Assembly (NCBI GenBank): GCA_963809895.1
Contig: CAWELD010000003.1
Span: forward strand, 64,001 to 128,000
Direction of reading: 5' to 3'
DNA: 64,000 nt
Origin: an uncultured Gemmatimonadales bacterium
GTDB lineage: Bacteria; Gemmatimonadota; Gemmatimonadetes; Longimicrobiales; Gaopeijiaceae
Shown: piece after piece, positions 55,388 through 64,000 of the stretch
Numbering within the stretch: the first letter of the stretch is position 1
Layout: each line of letters starts with the position of its first letter
Translations under genes and position numbers: made by a program
The notes under the pieces: generated by a model
Database searches by the model: none
Seen by the model: only the letters and a program-made list of their open reading frames with translations
What the model was told of the DNA's origin: nothing

Positions 55388-55397
55388 GCCCTCCCAC

Positions 55398-58655
<3,258 letters not shown>

Positions 58656-58658
58656 GCC

Positions 58659-59657
58659 ATGGCCCGCACCGCATTCCTGCTGCATCCGGCCGCGGCGCTC
58701 CACGACACCGGTTGGGGACATCCCGATCATCAGGGACGCCTGCGCGCCCTCTCCTCGACGGTGGGCCGCGACATGCTCGCCCTGCACGGACACGTGGAGC
58801 AGTCGAGCTCGGTGTCCGCCGAGGTGGAGGACCTGCTGCGCGTGCACACGCCGGACCACGTGGAGCGCGTGCGCCGGGCCGTGGCGTTGGCGGAGGCCGA
58901 GAAGCGACCGTTGGCCCTGGATCCGGACACGCTGGTCTCCGGCGCGTCGTGGGAGGCCGCCTTGGGCAGCGCCGGAGCCGCCATCACGGCGGCGGGTGCC
59001 GTGGCCCGGGGCGAGGTGTCCAACGCCTTCGTCGCCACGCGGCCGCCGGGACACCACGCCACCGCCGACGCCGTCCTGGGCTTCTGCCTCTTCAACAACA
59101 TCGCCATCGTGGCGCGCTGGCTTCAGCAAACCGGCCACGCGCGGCGGATCCTGGTGGTGGATTGGGACGTCCACCACGGAAACGGGACCCAGGACATCTT
59201 CTGGTCGGACCCCTCGGTGTTCTATCTTTCATTGCACCAGAGTCCCCACTGGCCGGGGACCGGTGCCGCCGACGAGATTGGCGGAGGCGAGGGCGAGGGG
59301 TACACCCTGAACGTGCCGCTGGCCGCGGGCACGCCCCGCCAGGAGTATCTCCGTCACTTCGAGGCGGCGCTGGACACGGCGTTCGCGCGCATGCGCCCGG
59401 ACTTCGTCCTGGTGTCGTCGGGATTCGACGCGCTGGCGGGAGATCCCCTGGGGGGCCAGATGCTGGAGCCCGAGGATTTCCACACCATGGCTCGCATGCT
59501 GGTGGGGCGGGCCGAGGAACCATGTGACGGAAGGGTGGTGGCGCTCCTCGAAGGAGGCTACGATCCACGCAGGACCGGGCTGGCGACGGTCGCGGTCCTG
59601 CGGGGTCTGTCCGGAGTCGATCCGGCCGATCCGACCCTTCCTGCCGAGGCGGGGTAG
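58659..59657 (+). CDS. Histone deacetylase family (Zn-dependent) deacetylase
   Basis: RPPGHHA, GFCLFNN, DWDVHHGNGTQ, GFDALAGDPLG, LEGGY. Confidence 0.95.
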   Translation: MARTAFLLHPAAALHDTGWGHPDHQGRLRALSSTVGRDMLALHGHVEQSSSVSAEVEDLLRVHTPDHVERVRRAVALAEAEKRPLALDPDTLVSGASWEAALGSAGAAITAAGAVARGEVSNAFVATRPPGHHATADAVLGFCLFNNIAIVARWLQQTGHARRILVVDWDVHHGNGTQDIFWSDPSVFYLSLHQSPHWPGTGAADEIGGGEGEGYTLNVPLAAGTPRQEYLRHFEAALDTAFARMRPDFVLVSSGFDALAGDPLGGQMLEPEDFHTMARMLVGRAEEPCDGRVVALLEGGYDPRRTGLATVAVLRGLSGVDPADPTLPAEAG

Positions 59658-59707
59658 GGACCCCGTGCGGGGACCCGCCTTCAGCGATCTGCTAGAGGAT
59701 GCGACTC

Positions 59708-60244
59708 ATGACGTCACGTCGATACATCGCCCGGTTCGCGCTCCTTCTGGCCGCGTTGGCCCTGGTGGCGCCGGCGGGGCTGCAGGCGCAGGCCGCCAAC
59801 GAGCGCCCCGTGCGGGGTGAGGGGCCGGAGCAGCGTCAACCGGAGGCCGTCAAGGCCATCTCCCAGCTCAAGTCTCCCTACTGCCACGGGCTCATGCTCG
59901 AGGTGTGTCCGTCGTCGGGCGGCGCTGCCCTCCGCGACAGCATCGAGACGCTTGCCGAGGAAGGGTGGAAGTCCGACCGGATCGTGGACTGGGTGCTCGC
60001 CAACCACGGACAGGAGTACCTGGCCCTGCCGCGGCGATCCGGGGTCTCCCTGGTCATGGCGTGGGTGATCCCGCCGCTGGGCGTCCTGCTGGGTCTGTTC
60101 CTGGTGGTGGTGGTTCTGCGCCGCATGCGGCGGAATCGCGCGCCGGCGCCCGCGGCCGAGGGCGAGCTGTCGCCGGAGGAGGAGGCACGCCTCCGCGAGG
60201 CCATGCGGGAGCTGGACGCCGAGGAAGAGGCGACGTTCTTCTGA
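59708..60244 (+). CDS. CcmH-like (cytochrome c biogenesis) protein
   Basis: Signal peptide, LKSPYCHGLMLEVCPS, IVDWVLANHGQEYLALP, WVIPPLG TM. Confidence 0.7.
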   Translation: MTSRRYIARFALLLAALALVAPAGLQAQAANERPVRGEGPEQRQPEAVKAISQLKSPYCHGLMLEVCPSSGGAALRDSIETLAEEGWKSDRIVDWVLANHGQEYLALPRRSGVSLVMAWVIPPLGVLLGLFLVVVVLRRMRRNRAPAPAAEGELSPEEEARLREAMRELDAEEEATFF

Positions 60245-60254
60245 CCGGCGCCCC

Positions 60255-61277
60255 GTGAGCGCTTCCACATCCGGCCGGGGCCGCTCCCGGCCCGAGCCCT
60301 CCATGCTGGACCTGGTCCGGCTGAGCCCGCGTCCGCTGTTCCCCCCGGGCGGTGAAGAGCTGTATCGGCAGATCGCCGTCCTGACGGGCATGGACGAGGA
60401 CATGGAGGTGCTGGACGTGGGGTGTGGCAAGGGCGTCACGCTCCAGTACTTCGTCGACGAGCACGGCGTGCACGCTTCGGGGATCGAGGCCGACCAGGTC
60501 CTGGTTCAGGCGGTGCTGGACCGTGCCCGCGAGCGTGGCCTCGGCGACCGCCTCCAGGTGCAACAGTCGCCCTCCGACAAACTCCCCTACCGGGACGAGA
60601 TCTTCGACGTGGCGGTGGGCGAGCTCGGCATGACCGCCCAGGCCGATCCGGAGAAGGCGATCCGGGAGTTGGTGCGAGTGACGCGGCCCGGGGGCACGGT
60701 GGTGCTGGTGCAGCTCGTGTGGACGGCCCCGGTGGACCCGGAACGGCGGCGGGTCCTGGCCGCGCATCTCGGTGTGCGTCCGCTCATGCTCGTGGAGTGG
60801 AAGCGGATGCTGCGCGAGGCCGGCGTCACCGACCTGCACATCGAGGACTGGACGGACCCGGAGACCGCGTTCCGGCCGCGCATCGTGAAGCCGTTCCCCG
60901 ACTTCGCCGAGCTCTTCTCGCTCACCGAGAAGGTGGGGATCCTGCGCCGCGCCTGGTCCCGTTGGGGATGGGCCGGGGTGCAGGCGGTGCTGGCCCGGGA
61001 GCGGGAGGTACACCGTCTGCTCACCCACGAGCGCATCCTGGGCCTGGACCTCATCAAGGGCACGCGGGCCCCCGGAGCGGCGGCGACGGCGGAGCCCCCC
61101 GCTGAAGCGCCCGTGGCCATCGAAGAGAAGACCTCCGCACCCGGAGGCGAGGAAGCGCCGGAGGCCGCCGGGCCGGAATCCGACGAAGCACACGACGACC
61201 CCTCACCTGGCGGGCAGGACGCCCAGACCGAAGAAGAGACCCGCGGCCTGCCCCTGTTCACATCGGAAGACTCATGA
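60255..61277 (+). CDS. Class I SAM-dependent methyltransferase
   Basis: PPGG, VLDVGCGKG, LPYRDEIFDV, ELVRVTRPGG. Confidence 0.9.
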   Translation: MSASTSGRGRSRPEPSMLDLVRLSPRPLFPPGGEELYRQIAVLTGMDEDMEVLDVGCGKGVTLQYFVDEHGVHASGIEADQVLVQAVLDRARERGLGDRLQVQQSPSDKLPYRDEIFDVAVGELGMTAQADPEKAIRELVRVTRPGGTVVLVQLVWTAPVDPERRRVLAAHLGVRPLMLVEWKRMLREAGVTDLHIEDWTDPETAFRPRIVKPFPDFAELFSLTEKVGILRRAWSRWGWAGVQAVLAREREVHRLLTHERILGLDLIKGTRAPGAAATAEPPAEAPVAIEEKTSAPGGEEAPEAAGPESDEAHDDPSPGGQDAQTEEETRGLPLFTSEDS

Positions 61278-62470
61278 GCGACACACCTCTCCTGACCTCG
61301 CGTGAAGGCGTGGCCCGGGTGCAGAAGGCCCTGGCCGAGATGGACCTGGACGGCTGGCTCCTCTACGAGTTTCGCGGACAGAACTGGATCTCCAAGGCGC
61401 TGCTCGGCGTCGGCTGGACCAGCCGACGGGCGCTGATCCTGATCCCGCGAGAGGGTGAGCCACGGGCCTTGATCCACGCCATCGAAGGGTCGTCCTGGCG
61501 CCACTGGCCGTGGGCTCGCGAGAGCTACGCGGGGTGGCGGGAGTTGGAGTCGGGGATCGAGGCGCTGGTGGCGGGTCATCGCACGCTCGCCATGGAGTAC
61601 TCTCCCGGCGACGCAGTGCCCACGGTGGACCTCGTCCCGGCCGGCGTCGTCGAGATGCTTCGCAACGCGGGGGTCGAGCCCAGGAGCTCCGGTGATCTGG
61701 TGAGTCGGTTCTTCTCGGCGTGGAGTGAAGCGCAGCTCACGGACCATCGCCAGGCCGCCGAGGTGGTGGCACGGGTCGCGAAGGAGGCCTTCCAGGAAGC
61801 GGCCAGAGCCGTGCGGGCCGGTGCTCCGCACACCGAGGGCTCGCTGTCCCGCTGGATCCTGGACGCCATGGCCCGGGGCGGCATCACCGTCGACGCCGAC
61901 ACCCACGTGGCCATCGGCCCCAGGGCGGCGGATCCCCACTACGCCCCCGACGGGGAAGGGGAGACCATCGCCCGGGGCGAGGTGTTGCTCATCGATCTGT
62001 GGGGGCGCACCTCGGAGGATGCCGTGAGCGCCGACCAGACCTGGATGGGCATTCTGGCTCCCGAGGCGCCGGCACGCGTCGTCGAGCTCTGGGAGACCGT
62101 GCGTGAGGCCCGCGACGCAGCGGTGGATTTCGTTCGTGAGCGGGTGGCCGCGGGGGAGAGCGTGCGCGGGTACGAGGTCGACGACGTGTCCCGGGGCGTC
62201 ATCGAGGCGGCCGGGCACGGCGAGCACTTCATTCACCGCACGGGGCACTCCATCGATCGCAAGCTCCACGGCAGCGGGCCCAATCTGGACAACCTCGAGA
62301 CCCGTGACGACCGCCTGTTGATTCCGGGTGTCGGCTTCTCGGTGGAGCCCGGGATCTATCTCCCCGACGACGTGGGGATCCGCAGCGAGATCAACGTCCA
62401 CTTCGGCCAGAACGGGCCCGAGGTGACGCCGGCCGAGCCTCAGACGGACCTGATCCTGCTCGACGTGTGA
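61274..62470 (+). CDS. M24 family (Xaa-Pro) aminopeptidase
   Basis: ADPHY, LIDLW, ADQTW, HRTGHSI, FSVEPGIY, GIRSE. Confidence 0.93.
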   Translation: MSDTPLLTSREGVARVQKALAEMDLDGWLLYEFRGQNWISKALLGVGWTSRRALILIPREGEPRALIHAIEGSSWRHWPWARESYAGWRELESGIEALVAGHRTLAMEYSPGDAVPTVDLVPAGVVEMLRNAGVEPRSSGDLVSRFFSAWSEAQLTDHRQAAEVVARVAKEAFQEAARAVRAGAPHTEGSLSRWILDAMARGGITVDADTHVAIGPRAADPHYAPDGEGETIARGEVLLIDLWGRTSEDAVSADQTWMGILAPEAPARVVELWETVREARDAAVDFVRERVAAGESVRGYEVDDVSRGVIEAAGHGEHFIHRTGHSIDRKLHGSGPNLDNLETRDDRLLIPGVGFSVEPGIYLPDDVGIRSEINVHFGQNGPEVTPAEPQTDLILLDV

Positions 62471-64000
62471 CGGGGGATCGGTCGAGTCGAAGCCTGGTCG
62501 AGGTCGCGATCCCGCTCCCCGTCCACACGACCTTCACCTACTCCGTCCCGGGGCCGGCTCCTGCAGCCGGCACACGGGTCCTGGTGCCGTTCCGCCGACG
62601 CGAGCGCATCGGGTGGGTCCTGGGCCCCGGAAGCGGAGAGGGTCTGAGCCGCATCCGGGGCGTGCTGGACGTCCTGGACGACGAGCCTTCGGTTCCGCCC
62701 GATGTCCTGGCCCTGTGCCGCTGGATGGCGGATTACTACGTGTCGCCTCCGGGGATCGCCGTGGCGGCGACCCAGCCGGCGGTCATGAGCGACGCCTCTC
62801 GCGACTACGTGAGCCTCACGGGACCGGCCCCCGCCGACCTCACCCCGCGGGTCCGCCGCCTCGCCGACGCACTGGACGCCGCCCACAAGCCGCAGCGGGT
62901 GTCCACGCTGCGGCGGGCGCTGGACATGGGCTCGATCTGGCCGGAGATCCGGGCGCTGCAGGCCCTGGGCGTCCTGAGACACGAGGCGGTGCCCCCGAGC
63001 GAGCCCTCGGTGCAGACGCGCAAAGTGGTGCGGCTGATCCGGGAGCTTCCGGACCTCGTGGCGCGCGACGACCTGTTCGGGCGGGCCCACCGTCAGCGCG
63101 AGGCCTACGAGCACCTGGAGGGCAGCGGAGGGTCCGACGAGCTCGCCCACCTCCTCGATTCAGGAGGGTTCTCGCGTTCCGTGGTGGCCGGGTTGGAGGA
63201 CAAGGGGCTGGTCGTCGTCGGCGACGAGGAGGTGATGCGAGATCCGTTCCAGGCCATGGATCCGGGACCGGCGAGCACCCCCCCGCTCACCGACGACCAA
63301 CGACGGGCGGTGGCGGCGCTGGAGACGGCGTTGGACGACGGCCGTCGGCGCCCGGTCCTTCTGCACGGCGTGACCGGGTCGGGCAAGACCCGCGTCTACA
63401 TCGAGTTGCTGCGTCGGGTGAGGGAGCGGGATCAGGGCGCCATCGTCCTGGTGCCCGAGATCTCGTTGACGCCTCAGACGGTGCGGCGCTTCCGGGCGCA
63501 CTTCGGGGACGACGTAGCGGTCCTGCACTCGGCGCTGTCCGACGGCGAGCGCTACGACGCCTGGCGCCAGCTCCGGGCCGGCACCAGACGCATCGCCGTG
63601 GGAGCCCGCTCGGCCCTCTTCGCCCCCGTCCGCGCGCTCGGCGCCATCGTGGTGGACGAGGAGCACGACGGGTCGTACAAGCAGTCCGAGGCCCCGCGAT
63701 ATCATGCCCGGGACCTGGCCGTGGTGCGGGCCCGCCTCGCCGGGGCGGTGTGCGTCCTGGGCAGTGCCACGCCCTCGCTGGAGAGCTGGTTCAACGCCGA
63801 GCGGGGCAAGTTCCAGCGCTTGTCGCTGCCGCAACGGGTGAGCGGCCGGCCCATGCCTCCGGTGCACCTGGTGGACCTGCGCGAAGAGCGTCGCCGGGTG
63901 CGGGAGGAACCGGCAGCGTCGCGGGAGCGGGGCGGGGGCGCGCTATCGGGGCCTCTCGTGGAGGCCGTCGACCGGCGGCTGGAGCGCGGTGAGCAGACCA
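62467..64000 (+). CDS. priA: Primosomal protein N' (replication-restart helicase); 3' end runs off the window
   Basis: Not in the ORF track; translated by hand from GTG 62467. EVAIPLPVHTTFTYSV, RVLVPF, LLHGVTGSGKTRVY, LVPEISLTPQ, DEEHDGSYKQ, LGSATPSLES. Confidence 0.96.
   Translation, partial: MTGDRSSRSLVEVAIPLPVHTTFTYSVPGPAPAAGTRVLVPFRRRERIGWVLGPGSGEGLSRIRGVLDVLDDEPSVPPDVLALCRWMADYYVSPPGIAVAATQPAVMSDASRDYVSLTGPAPADLTPRVRRLADALDAAHKPQRVSTLRRALDMGSIWPEIRALQALGVLRHEAVPPSEPSVQTRKVVRLIRELPDLVARDDLFGRAHRQREAYEHLEGSGGSDELAHLLDSGGFSRSVVAGLEDKGLVVVGDEEVMRDPFQAMDPGPASTPPLTDDQRRAVAALETALDDGRRRPVLLHGVTGSGKTRVYIELLRRVRERDQGAIVLVPEISLTPQTVRRFRAHFGDDVAVLHSALSDGERYDAWRQLRAGTRRIAVGARSALFAPVRALGAIVVDEEHDGSYKQSEAPRYHARDLAVVRARLAGAVCVLGSATPSLESWFNAERGKFQRLSLPQRVSGRPMPPVHLVDLREERRRVREEPAASRERGGGALSGPLVEAVDRRLERGEQT

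Noticed and set aside
62613..63992. 459-aa + strand ORF in the track
   Set aside because: Wrong frame with Arg/Gly/Pro-rich composition; the real gene is priA from 62467.

Overview
This is a very GC-rich, gene-dense bacterial chromosome segment. The gene mix (SusC/SusD pair, PadR plus ADOP permease, homodimeric-type GlyRS, many secreted S9/M20/M28/M6 peptidases, beta-propeller lipoproteins) suggests Gemmatimonadota, which is an inference only. It holds about 47 protein-coding genes, including two frameshifted ones and two cut by the window edges. The housekeeping genes are glyS, nfuA-like, nth, carB and priA. The rest is largely a peptide/amino-acid foraging and envelope set, plus an ECF sigma / ZAS anti-sigma / TonB-receptor module. 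I saw no rRNA, tRNA, CRISPR array, integrase or transposase. Best leads: (1) an M6 metalloprotease ending in a dockerin-like Ca-loop, overlapping a lipoprotein with cohesin-like character, a possible protease-tethering system; (2) two dispersed paralogs of an uncharacterised GYF-like / acidic linker / TM / periplasmic family, one behind a highly structured leader RNA and divergent from a stand-alone C2-like protein; (3) structured 5' leaders on susC and glyS; (4) a MetS-type NSS small subunit about 6 kb from its transporter; (5) two single-C frameshifts, probably sequencing errors. Family calls come from reading motifs by eye; no database search was run.
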